NCBI GenBank assembly: GCA_964426385.1
Contig: CAYRQF010000003.1
Coordinates: forward strand, 22,938 to 86,937
Reading direction: 5' to 3'
DNA from: an uncultured Candidatus Saccharibacteria bacterium
GTDB taxonomy: Bacteria > Patescibacteriota > Minisyncoccia > Phycocordibacterales > CSBR16-119
DNA length: 64,000 bases
Shown here piece by piece: positions 18,948-27,810 of this stretch. The notes under the pieces were generated by a model. The model ran no database searches. It was not told the origin of the DNA and saw nothing but the letters and a program-made list of their open reading frames with translations. Position 1 is the first letter of the stretch; the number at the start of each line of letters is the position of its first letter. Made by a program: the position numbers and the translations under genes.

Positions 18948-19643
18948 ATGCAAGAAATTACGATATTTACAGATGGTAGTTCTCTCGGTAATCCGGGTCC
19001 TGGTGGATGGGGGACGATAATTTGGAATAAGGGCAAGAAAGAGGTGGTAGAACTCGGCGGACACCATCCGAAAACGACGAACAACAGGATGGAGATGACG
19101 GCTGCCATTGAGGCTTTGGGCTACCTCGAAAGTCTCAGTCAGGAGGAGCTCGAGATTACCGTCTTCACCGATTCACAGTATCTCATAAACGGTATAACCA
19201 AATGGGTCTATGGCTGGGAAGAGTCTGGTTGGGTCACGAAAAAGAAGGAGTCGGTACTCAACAAGGACCTCTGGCAGATATTGGTCACCAAGACTCGTAA
19301 TCTCGAGATAGAGTGGAAATACGTCGAGGGTCACGCCGGCATCGCAGGTAACGACAGAGTAGATGCTATCGCGACCGAATACGCCGCTGGTAGAAGCCCA
19401 GCGCTATTCAAAGGGCGTTTCGAGGGGTATGACATAGACCTCAAAAACCTGACGCCATTATTCGCTTCGAAGGGTAAGAAAGATGGTAAGGTTTACTCAT
19501 ATCTAAGCCAAGTAGATGGTGAGATTCAAACCCACAAGACTTGGGCAGAGTGCGAGGCGAGAGTTAAAGGCAAAAAGGCCAAATTCAAAAAAACATTTTC
19601 CAAGTCCGACGAAGAGGAGATCATAAAAGAGTGGCTCGGATAG
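18948..19643 (+). CDS. rnhA: ribonuclease HI with a C-terminal hybrid-binding-like extension
   Basis: RNase H fold with DGS...E...D...HAG...D catalytic residues. C-terminal ~80 aa resemble a hybrid-binding (cauli_VI-like) domain pattern Y..G...W.EC...V.G....F. Confidence 0.9.
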   Translation: MQEITIFTDGSSLGNPGPGGWGTIIWNKGKKEVVELGGHHPKTTNNRMEMTAAIEALGYLESLSQEELEITVFTDSQYLINGITKWVYGWEESGWVTKKKESVLNKDLWQILVTKTRNLEIEWKYVEGHAGIAGNDRVDAIATEYAAGRSPALFKGRFEGYDIDLKNLTPLFASKGKKDGKVYSYLSQVDGEIQTHKTWAECEARVKGKKAKFKKTFSKSDEEEIIKEWLG

Positions 19644-19671
19644 GGTATTAAAAGCCTAGCTTTTATCTGCT

Positions 19672-19789
19672 TGTCCCGTTAGAGATGCTTCGTTAAAATT
19701 TTAAGAGTCGGAGAACTATAAGATGTTCATTTATTATTTGCAAAATAATAATTTAATACGCAAACCGAAGGTTTGCTATCTCTAACGGG
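19672..19789. repeat. ~118-bp intergenic element with 12-bp perfect terminal inverted repeats (CCCGTTAGAGAT / ATCTCTAACGGG), copy 1; right end abuts the comEC ATG
   Basis: Direct sequence comparison with copy 2 at 45305-45424. Confidence 0.7.
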
Positions 19790-21289
19790 ATGAAAAGTAG
19801 AATATTTCTTTCTATAGTTTTCGGGTTCTTGGTGGGTGTACTCCTAAGTTCGTTTTATACGTTCGGCCTCGCTATCGTCGGGCTAGTGGCACTAATAGGC
19901 CTAACTTTTCTCATCATCAGCATATTTGAGCATAACCTTCGCACGACATTTATTATTATTTCAATATTTCTTCTTTGCTCCTCAGCTGGGATACTCCGGT
20001 TTCATGCCAAGGATGCAGGTGAACCGAAGAATACACTGGATAATTTCGTAAACGAAAGCGTAGTTCTCGAGGGCGTGATTCTGAGTGAAGTCGAGAGACG
20101 TGAGGGAAGTCAGCGTGTCGTACTATCGGCTAATAATATAACTCTACGTGACGTCGTATATCCGATAAATCAAAAGATTCTAGTTTCGACAGAATTATTC
20201 CCAGAGTTTTCTTATGGTGAGAGAGTGTCAGTGAGCGGAAAGCTAGAGAAGCCCGAGAATTTCATAACTGATGTCGGTAAAGAGTTCGACTATGTGAACT
20301 ATCTAAAAAGAGAAAGTATCTATTACATCACTTCATTTGCAGAGGTAGAATTTGAAAGTGATGGCCATGGTAGCCGACTCAAGACAAGCATTCTGTCGAT
20401 CAAGAAAAAGTTCCTCAGCTCGATCGAGCGCGCCGTACCGGCTCCAGAATCTGCCCTCCTTTCCGGACTATTGCTCGGAGTGAAGTCCTCACTCGGAGAC
20501 CGGTTACAACAGGATTTCGTCAATACCGGGTTGGTACATATCATTGTTCTCTCAGGATACAATGTCACGATTATTGCTGAGGCGCTTATCAAGATGCTAT
20601 CGTTCGCCTCTATATCTGCCGGCATATATTTTGGCTCGCTCGCGATCATCCTGTTCGCTATCATGACTGGTGCCGGAGCCACAATCATCCGTGCCAGTAT
20701 CATGGCGATACTCGCACTCGTCGCGAGAGCTACAGGGAGAAATTATGATATAACTCGTGCACTACTTATCGCTGGCGTCGTGATGATCATCCAGAATCCA
20801 TATATCCTGGTTTTCGATATATCATTTCAGTTGTCGTTCCTCGCTACGCTCGGGCTCATATATGTTTCACCGATATTTCAGAAATGGTTTCATTTTCTTC
20901 CTGAAAGGTTCGGTATCAGAGAAGTCGCCGGGGCGACCGTCGGAGTGCAGGCTTTTGTTCTGCCTTTTATCCTCTACAAGATGGGCAACCTTTCCCTCAT
21001 AGCCCCGATTACAAATGTACTAGTTTTACCCTTTATTCCGGTGACGATGCTTCTCGGATTCCTCGCCGGATCAGTATCTTTTATCCTGCCAGTATTGGGA
21101 TTACCATTCGCCTGGGCCACATATTTATTGCTACATGGAGAGATCTGGATCGTAGAGACGTTCTCACGGATACCGTTCGGGAGTATTGAGATTATGCGTT
21201 TTCCGTTAGTGCTCGTTATTATTTTCTACGCCGTTATAACCTGGCTTCTGTGTAGATATTATAGGAAAATAGAAAAGCGCATTGTATGA
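19790..21289 (+). CDS. comEC: ComEC/Rec2 competence membrane channel (DUF4131 + ComEC transmembrane domains)
   Basis: Competence domain motif GLVHIIVLSGYNV. Polytopic membrane protein. Confidence 0.85.
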   Translation: MKSRIFLSIVFGFLVGVLLSSFYTFGLAIVGLVALIGLTFLIISIFEHNLRTTFIIISIFLLCSSAGILRFHAKDAGEPKNTLDNFVNESVVLEGVILSEVERREGSQRVVLSANNITLRDVVYPINQKILVSTELFPEFSYGERVSVSGKLEKPENFITDVGKEFDYVNYLKRESIYYITSFAEVEFESDGHGSRLKTSILSIKKKFLSSIERAVPAPESALLSGLLLGVKSSLGDRLQQDFVNTGLVHIIVLSGYNVTIIAEALIKMLSFASISAGIYFGSLAIILFAIMTGAGATIIRASIMAILALVARATGRNYDITRALLIAGVVMIIQNPYILVFDISFQLSFLATLGLIYVSPIFQKWFHFLPERFGIREVAGATVGVQAFVLPFILYKMGNLSLIAPITNVLVLPFIPVTMLLGFLAGSVSFILPVLGLPFAWATYLLLHGEIWIVETFSRIPFGSIEIMRFPLVLVIIFYAVITWLLCRYYRKIEKRIV

Positions 21290-22149
21290 AAAGGGACTTT
21301 TATCAAAAATACTCTCTGATATTTCTGCTCATTCTCACGAATCTTTTTATCTGGTCATATCATATAGAGAACCGAGGACGTGATCTTCTAAAAGTATATT
21401 TTCTAGATGTTGGGCAGGGGGACTCTATACTAATCGAGGCACCAAACGGTAGACAGCTACTTATCGACGGGGGACGAGACAGTTCTGTTCTAAATGAGCT
21501 CGGACGAGTTATGGGGTTCTTCGACCGCTCCATCGATATCGTCCTCGCGACGCATCCTGATGCCGACCATGTGACGGGACTTCCACTTGTTCTAGACAGA
21601 TATAGAGTCGAGACGTTCATCGACTCTATCGCAGAAGCCGAATCACTCCCGTACACGGCACTCCAGCAGAAGGCGCGAGGAGAAGGTGCCGAGTACTATG
21701 TCGGTTTTCGGGGGATGGTTATCACTCTCGATGAGGAAGCTGGCGTATATCTCCATGTTCTATATCCATATGATGACGAATTTCGATTTACTGACACGAA
21801 CGATCTCTCGATTATTACTAAACTTGTTTATGGTGACACTAGCTTTATGCTGACAGGCGATGCGCCGAAGATTGTTGAAACGATGCTCACGACGACGGAT
21901 GGGGAATACCTTAAAAGTTCTGTTCTCAAAGCTGGACACCATGGCTCTAATACTTCGAGCGGAACCTCGTTCGTCGAGATGGTAGACCCGGAATATGTCG
22001 TTATCTCTGCTGGACGAGATAACAGCTACGGTCATCCGCACCCAGAGGTTATAGAGACTTTCGAGGAACAGGGCGCCGAGATCCACAGCACTATCGAAGA
22101 GGGAACGATAGAATTTAGAAGTAACGGATTTGATGTTTGGGTAAAGTAA
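21286..22149 (+). CDS. ComEC metallo-beta-lactamase domain, encoded as a separate ORF
   Basis: MBL motif HPDADH. Overlaps the upstream comEC gene by 4 nt (ATGA). Confidence 0.85.
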   Translation: MKRDFYQKYSLIFLLILTNLFIWSYHIENRGRDLLKVYFLDVGQGDSILIEAPNGRQLLIDGGRDSSVLNELGRVMGFFDRSIDIVLATHPDADHVTGLPLVLDRYRVETFIDSIAEAESLPYTALQQKARGEGAEYYVGFRGMVITLDEEAGVYLHVLYPYDDEFRFTDTNDLSIITKLVYGDTSFMLTGDAPKIVETMLTTTDGEYLKSSVLKAGHHGSNTSSGTSFVEMVDPEYVVISAGRDNSYGHPHPEVIETFEEQGAEIHSTIEEGTIEFRSNGFDVWVK

Positions 22150-22173
22150 AAACCCTCGTTTGAGGGCTTTTAC
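22148..22173. terminator. bidirectional stem-loop terminator between convergent genes
   Basis: aaccctcgtttgagggtt followed by T-rich sequence. Confidence 0.55.
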
Positions 22174-22174
22174 T

Positions 22175-22426
22175 TTAGATGACTCCAGCTTTCTTTAGTG
22201 TAACGTAGGCTCCGCGTTTGTTGATGGTTTTGATGCCTTTGGTCGAGAGTGACATGCGGATCGATCGGTTGAGTTCAGGGATGAAGATCGTCTTCTTCTG
22301 CATGTTCGGCTTCTGGCGGCGGCTACCGCAGGGGTTGAACTGAGTAGCACGAACACGGTTCGAGTAGGACCCGGCGACATTTACGCGTTTATTGGTTATT
22401 GGACATGTATTAGCCATTGCCGACAT
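22175..22426 (-). CDS. rpmB: 50S ribosomal protein L28
   Basis: C.ITNKR...R..F.PN pattern typical of L28. The start may instead be the second Met at 22417. Confidence 0.85.
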   Translation of the reverse strand: MSAMANTCPITNKRVNVAGSYSNRVRATQFNPCGSRRQKPNMQKKTIFIPELNRSIRMSLSTKGIKTINKRGAYVTLKKAGVI

Positions 22427-22449
22427 ATGCTAACATAGGGCTTATAACT

Positions 22450-23076
22450 ATGCAAGAAATCAATTCCATATTCTACATATTAGTCTTGATCATGTCTGTT
22501 GTGATCCATGAGATAGCTCATGGGTACGCGGCCCTGCACTACGGTGACCATACAGCCGAATATCAGGGTAGGCTTACCCTTAACCCCATAAAACACCTTG
22601 ATTTATATGGGTCAGTCCTCCTCCCGATAATCCTAATTGTCACAAATGCGCCATTCCTGATCGGCTGGGCTAAGCCTGTTCCCTATAATCCAGATAATTT
22701 CAAGCCCGAGGAGCGACGGGTAGCAAGTATCTGGGTAGCCTCAGCGGGTATATTGGCGAATCTCGCAATTGTTGCTTTTTTCTCGGTAGTAATAAGGCTT
22801 TCGAACGTACTTACGTTTATCCCAGAATCCTTCATTCCACTTGCTGGGGTGATAGTGCTACTCAATATTGTTCTTGCCATGTTTAACCTTATTCCGATCC
22901 CGCCTCTTGATGGGTCCAAAATTCTTTTTGGCCTACTTGGTTACAAAGCACATCGCTTTGAGAGGTTTTTCGAGAAGTATTCCATCCTTATTCTGCTATT
23001 TTTCGTGTTTTTTATCTGGCAGTTCATCACACCGGTAGTTTATTCGTTGTTCAGCATTTTGACGGGGCTTTCGTAG
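22450..23076 (+). CDS. site-2 protease family (M50) membrane metallopeptidase
   Basis: HEIAHG zinc motif in a polytopic membrane protein. The ORF-track start at 22417 is TTG; the ATG at 22450 is preferred. Confidence 0.7.
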   Translation: MQEINSIFYILVLIMSVVIHEIAHGYAALHYGDHTAEYQGRLTLNPIKHLDLYGSVLLPIILIVTNAPFLIGWAKPVPYNPDNFKPEERRVASIWVASAGILANLAIVAFFSVVIRLSNVLTFIPESFIPLAGVIVLLNIVLAMFNLIPIPPLDGSKILFGLLGYKAHRFERFFEKYSILILLFFVFFIWQFITPVVYSLFSILTGLS

Positions 23077-23082
23077 TATAAT

Positions 23083-26000
23083 GTGGTAGCAAATATGTGT
23101 CTTTCATCGCGAATAATAAAAAAAAGCATCGCTTTATTTTCCTTGATTATATTAGGCTTTTTCTTTGCTTGTACTGCTGACGCAGCAACAATTACGGTAA
23201 ACAATGGTACGTCGACCGTGGCAGTCGATGCTTCGTGCTCAATTCGTGAAGCGATAGAGAATGCAAATGATAACGCAGCTACGAATGTGGATTGTACGGC
23301 AGGTTCAGGGACAGACACTCTCGATATACAAACAGATATAGCGCTAACGCTACTTGATCACTCAGGAGTTTCTTCAGATTTTGCAGTTCCTTCGATAATG
23401 GAACCAGTAGTTATACAGGGTAATGGTCATAGCATCGCTCGTTCTGGAGTTACTAGTTTTGGTTTTGCAGACTTTTCAACCACGGTATCTTTGTCTGATA
23501 TTACTATGAGTAACTTTTCTCAGAATGTTTTTGAGGGAGATGGACCACTTACTATTGAAAATTCTACTTTTTCTGAGAACGCTGACTCTGTCGCATATAC
23601 TAATTTCGGTGGTAGTGCGCATCCTTGGGTCATAACAGACTCAGTGTTTACAAACAATAGCAGTACTGATCATGGGGTAATAACCAAAGAGGATGGTGGA
23701 ACTTTGACTATTTCAGGCACTATTTTTTCCGATAATACAAATTACGGTACGTTTGATGGAAGTGCGGTGAGATATTTAAATGGCAATTCCTCGGAAGTCG
23801 TATCTATATCAGACAGCGTGTTCGAGAATAATGTTTATACTGTAGGTGGATGCGGTGCGTTTGGTGTTTCCGCTTCTCAAGATGTAAACATCGAGATAGA
23901 TAATACTGTTTTTGATTCGAACATATCAGAAGCTTGCGGAGGAGGGGTGTCTGTTGAATCAGGATTTGCTTTTGCAACTATCTCGCTTGATATTACAAAC
24001 TCTCTTTTTAAGAATAATGTTGCCCGCGGAACAGGTATTTCTGCAAAAAGCGGGGGAGCTATGTACGTTCAGAATGGGATGAACCTAACACTTACGAACA
24101 ATACTTTTTTCGGTAATTCTTCGCAGGTGAATGGAGGGGCCATCCAGATTCACAATGAGGCAGGAGTGATTGCTATCGAAGCAAAACACAATACTTTCTA
24201 TGGCAATTCTTCTGCGGATGGTGATGGTAATGACATTTACATAGAAACAGGAGCAGGTGATACTTCAGTTTTTGAGAATAATATTTTTGCTAGTGGAGGT
24301 GATGAGTGTGGGGGTGATCTTAGTAGTTTCACTTTTACGAACAATCTTTCGAGTGATGTAGACTGTGGCGGGACCCCGGCTACGTCTTTGGCTAGTGCGC
24401 TTGCTATGAACGGGGCAGGGATAGAGACACTCGCACTTCTAGCAGGAAGTAACGCAATTAATACTGGAATTGCGGGAACTTTAGGGTGTCCAGCAACAGA
24501 TGCTCGAGGTACGGCTAGACCTTCGGGTGTTGCTTGCGATATCGGAGCGTTTGAATTTGTGAACTCTGCTCCCACAGATATTTCCATATCAAATTCTTCT
24601 ATAGAGGAAGGTCAGGAGGTGGGTAATGCTATCGGAGGCCTTGATACTGTTGATGCAGACACTGGTGATACTCATACATATACTATAGCGTGCACCGTCC
24701 CGGGCGCTGATGATGGATCTTTTAGTATCTCAGGGGATTCACTCCGAAGTGACGAAGTGTTTAATCATGAAGTAAAAAGTTCATACATAGTTTGCATACG
24801 AACGACAGATAGTTTTGGTGGGACCTACGATGAGATATTTACTATAACCATAGATCAGGCAGACACATCCTCGAGCGGTAGCAGTTCTGGTCCATCCACA
24901 CCAACACCTCCTGTGCAACCAGTCGTACCAGTAACCCCAATTATTCCAGTCTCTCCTTTGCCCGAGATTCCAGCACCGGTACCAGGCCCTATTTTAGAAA
25001 CTCCAGAAACACCATCTCCGACTCCTGAGACACAGGACGAAACCCCAACAGATGATAATCCTGGGCAAGACCCCTCTCCGAGCTTTCCAGGCGGTGATAG
25101 TGAATCAGATGCGAGTCCTCAAGGCTCGAGTGATGTGATCAGGGATATCGGGGGAGTTCTCGGGGCGGCAATAGAAGAGATTCCGACCAATGTCACGGAC
25201 ACTATCGCAGTAGCTGGCGTAGCGCTACCGGCAATAGTATTCGCACTGAGCCAGCCTGCCGTCGTTGTTAATGTGGTATCTATCCCAATACGATTGTTTA
25301 ATCTAATCCCTGTTTGGCTAGGACTACGTCGCAAGAAGCGACCTTGGGGAACGGTCTATGATTCTGTGACCAAACAACCTCTTGATCCTGTTTATGTAGT
25401 ATTAAAGGATTTGCGTGGAAGAGAAGTCGCCACAACGATAACTGATATAGATGGGCGATTCGGATTCTTGGTTCCAGCGGGTAAATACAATATATCTGTT
25501 AAAAAGGATAATTACGAGTTTCCGTCAAAGAAACTTTCAAACAACTCCAAAGATGAACTTTATGAGAATCTCTATTTTGGAGAGCCTGTAGAAATATCTG
25601 GACAAGAAGATTTACTCATAAAGAATATACCGATGGATGCTACGAATTTTAACTGGAACGAGTTTGAGAAATCTCAGAATAAGTCCCTAATGAAGTTCTA
25701 CTCCAAGAGTGAGCTATTTATCGCTCGTTTCGCCAGTGTGTTATTTTGGGCAGGCCTCGTCGTTTCGATAGTTCTATTGTTTGGCGACCCGACGACACTA
25801 AACTACGTATTATTCGGGGTATATGCCGTTGTCATGATTCTGAGGGTGCTAGGTGTGAGACCAAAGAAGCCGGGTTATGTAACGGAGCAATCGACAGGAT
25901 ACCCTCTATCCTTTGGTGTTATCAAAGTATATTCAGAATCGACCGATACTGAGATCGCTCATAGTGTTATAAGTAAAACCGGTAAATACTACGTTTTGGT

Positions 26001-26124
26001 TCCTAAGGGAAGATATTACGTATCTATACTTAAAAAAGTCGGAGAAGACGAGTACTCAAACGTTTTCAGGTCAGAAAGTATGTTGGTAAAGAGGGGATAT
26101 ATCGCAGACAATCTAAGCGTCTAG
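23083..26124 (+). CDS. large surface protein: Pmp-like (GGAI) parallel beta-helix + choice-of-anchor-Q-like CDIGAFEF motif + cadherin-like domain + Pro-rich stalk + TM segments + two carboxypeptidase-regulatory-like domains
   Basis: Signal peptide. Repeated GGA(I/M) rungs. Linker PSTPTPPVQPVVPV. Hydrophobic helices near 25140-25330 and 25700-25860. Confidence 0.8.
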   Translation: MVANMCLSSRIIKKSIALFSLIILGFFFACTADAATITVNNGTSTVAVDASCSIREAIENANDNAATNVDCTAGSGTDTLDIQTDIALTLLDHSGVSSDFAVPSIMEPVVIQGNGHSIARSGVTSFGFADFSTTVSLSDITMSNFSQNVFEGDGPLTIENSTFSENADSVAYTNFGGSAHPWVITDSVFTNNSSTDHGVITKEDGGTLTISGTIFSDNTNYGTFDGSAVRYLNGNSSEVVSISDSVFENNVYTVGGCGAFGVSASQDVNIEIDNTVFDSNISEACGGGVSVESGFAFATISLDITNSLFKNNVARGTGISAKSGGAMYVQNGMNLTLTNNTFFGNSSQVNGGAIQIHNEAGVIAIEAKHNTFYGNSSADGDGNDIYIETGAGDTSVFENNIFASGGDECGGDLSSFTFTNNLSSDVDCGGTPATSLASALAMNGAGIETLALLAGSNAINTGIAGTLGCPATDARGTARPSGVACDIGAFEFVNSAPTDISISNSSIEEGQEVGNAIGGLDTVDADTGDTHTYTIACTVPGADDGSFSISGDSLRSDEVFNHEVKSSYIVCIRTTDSFGGTYDEIFTITIDQADTSSSGSSSGPSTPTPPVQPVVPVTPIIPVSPLPEIPAPVPGPILETPETPSPTPETQDETPTDDNPGQDPSPSFPGGDSESDASPQGSSDVIRDIGGVLGAAIEEIPTNVTDTIAVAGVALPAIVFALSQPAVVVNVVSIPIRLFNLIPVWLGLRRKKRPWGTVYDSVTKQPLDPVYVVLKDLRGREVATTITDIDGRFGFLVPAGKYNISVKKDNYEFPSKKLSNNSKDELYENLYFGEPVEISGQEDLLIKNIPMDATNFNWNEFEKSQNKSLMKFYSKSELFIARFASVLFWAGLVVSIVLLFGDPTTLNYVLFGVYAVVMILRVLGVRPKKPGYVTEQSTGYPLSFGVIKVYSESTDTEIAHSVISKTGKYYVLVPKGRYYVSILKKVGEDEYSNVFRSESMLVKRGYIADNLSV

Positions 26125-26166
26125 TTACTGTTGACACTGGGCAATAAATAATGCATAATACGGCAT

Positions 26167-27690
26167 ATGAAAATTAGTAAGTTTCTATTTCGCATACTGA
26201 TTGTGTCTTTGGGGCTCTATATGGCCCCATCTGTCTGGGCTGCCGATATTTCGACGGGGGAATATTGCTCATTGGCGGACGCTATCCTTTCAGCAGAGTC
26301 TGACACCGCAATCTCTGGCTGTAGTAGTGGGCAGGGGGCAGATACCATCAGGCTAAGTCAGGATGAAAACATCACCTCGATTCCTCCAGGAGACTTCCCA
26401 GATGGTCAGAATGCTTTCAAGACCATTACTTCAACCATTAGCATACTCGGTTATAACCACACTGTAAGTTTCCAGAATAATACTGCTATCTCCGGGAGAG
26501 TGTTCAACGTTATTGCGGGTGGGAATCTAACTATTTCTGACGTCTTTTTCACAGACTTAAACTCGACTGCAGCATCTATGGAAAACGGTGGATTTATTTT
26601 TGCAGAGGATAGCCGGGTCAAACTGACCAATGTTTCGATTGATGGTTTCCGCGCTACATCATTTGGTGGTGCGATATATTCGGCGAATTCTTCGATTGAT
26701 CTCGTTAAAACAACATTATCTGGTAACCAGATAACATCAGATGGATTTATACTTGGTGGAGGTGCAATATTTCTAGATGCAGGAAGTTTGAAGATTCAAA
26801 ACTCGAAATTTATCGGCAATATTTCTGGTGGGCAGGGTGGAGCGATATTAAATATTGCAGGTTTCGAAGACTTCATAATCTCGCGTTCATTATTTGCCGA
26901 CAACGTGGCAGATTACGGTTCTGCGATAAGCGCTGGCTCAGCGTCATTTAATGATTCGTTGGCTATCGACCGGACTCAGTTTGAGAATAATACTTCAAAT
27001 AACGGGGGAGCGTTCGTTTGGCGTGGAGCAAGTGGAAATATATCTATCTCGAGTTCAACGTTTACTAAAAATCATGGCTTGTCCAGCGCTGCGGCCTTTC
27101 AGAATGATGGAAGTAATAACTTTGTTGCGATTATCAATTCGACCTTCTCACAAAATATTTCAGCCGGAGCTGGTTCGGCAATACTTAATATTGGTAACAA
27201 CAACCAGTTCAGAATCGCCTACGATACTTTTATAAAAAATACCGCCGGTGTCGGGGGTAGGACTTTTAGAAGTTTTTCAATAGAACCTTGGAATAATTCT
27301 GTTTTAGAAAATAGTATTTTTGATAAAAACATTGGTGGAGACTGCGGATTTGTGTCAGTGACCAACTTCACAAAGACCAATAATCTGTCTGGGGATGCGA
27401 CGTGTGGTGATCTCGTCGCTACCAACATATCTATGAATTCGGCATTAAACGGGGGAGTGGTTTTGAATAATGCGCTTCTCGCGGGAAGTAATGCCATAGA
27501 CAAAGCCGTAACCGACGTATCTCTGGTCAGAGTTCCGTGTCCTGGTCTGGATCAAAGAGGGGTTATGAGACCACTAGACGGTAATGCAGATGGATTCGTT
27601 AAATGCGACATTGGAGCTTTTGAGTATAAGCCTAAACATACGACCCTTGTGAGTACGGTGAAAAATAGCCTAAAAACCCAAGTAAAATAA
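26167..27690 (+). CDS. secreted Pmp-like beta-helix protein, paralog of the N-terminal part of the 23083 gene
   Basis: Signal peptide. GGAIY, GGAIFL and GGAILNI rungs. C-terminal CDIGAFEY motif. Confidence 0.8.
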   Translation: MKISKFLFRILIVSLGLYMAPSVWAADISTGEYCSLADAILSAESDTAISGCSSGQGADTIRLSQDENITSIPPGDFPDGQNAFKTITSTISILGYNHTVSFQNNTAISGRVFNVIAGGNLTISDVFFTDLNSTAASMENGGFIFAEDSRVKLTNVSIDGFRATSFGGAIYSANSSIDLVKTTLSGNQITSDGFILGGGAIFLDAGSLKIQNSKFIGNISGGQGGAILNIAGFEDFIISRSLFADNVADYGSAISAGSASFNDSLAIDRTQFENNTSNNGGAFVWRGASGNISISSSTFTKNHGLSSAAAFQNDGSNNFVAIINSTFSQNISAGAGSAILNIGNNNQFRIAYDTFIKNTAGVGGRTFRSFSIEPWNNSVLENSIFDKNIGGDCGFVSVTNFTKTNNLSGDATCGDLVATNISMNSALNGGVVLNNALLAGSNAIDKAVTDVSLVRVPCPGLDQRGVMRPLDGNADGFVKCDIGAFEYKPKHTTLVSTVKNSLKTQVK

Positions 27691-27714
27691 GAACTTTTGT
27701 CACTGTGGATAAGC

Positions 27715-27743
27715 TTGACTTTTAGGCCAATAAATGGTATAAA
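27715..27743 (+). promoter_or_regulatory. sigma70-like promoter TTGACT-17-TATAAA
   Basis: Hexamer spacing counted directly from the sequence. Confidence 0.45.
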
Positions 27744-27810
27744 GGAAGTCACACCTGTAGTACCTTGAAAAAGGTCACGAAAATTAAACCAACCAAACCT
27801 AAAACGGAAC

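Noticed and set aside
20323-20703. 126-aa minus-strand ORF
   Set aside because: Antisense shadow ORF inside comEC.
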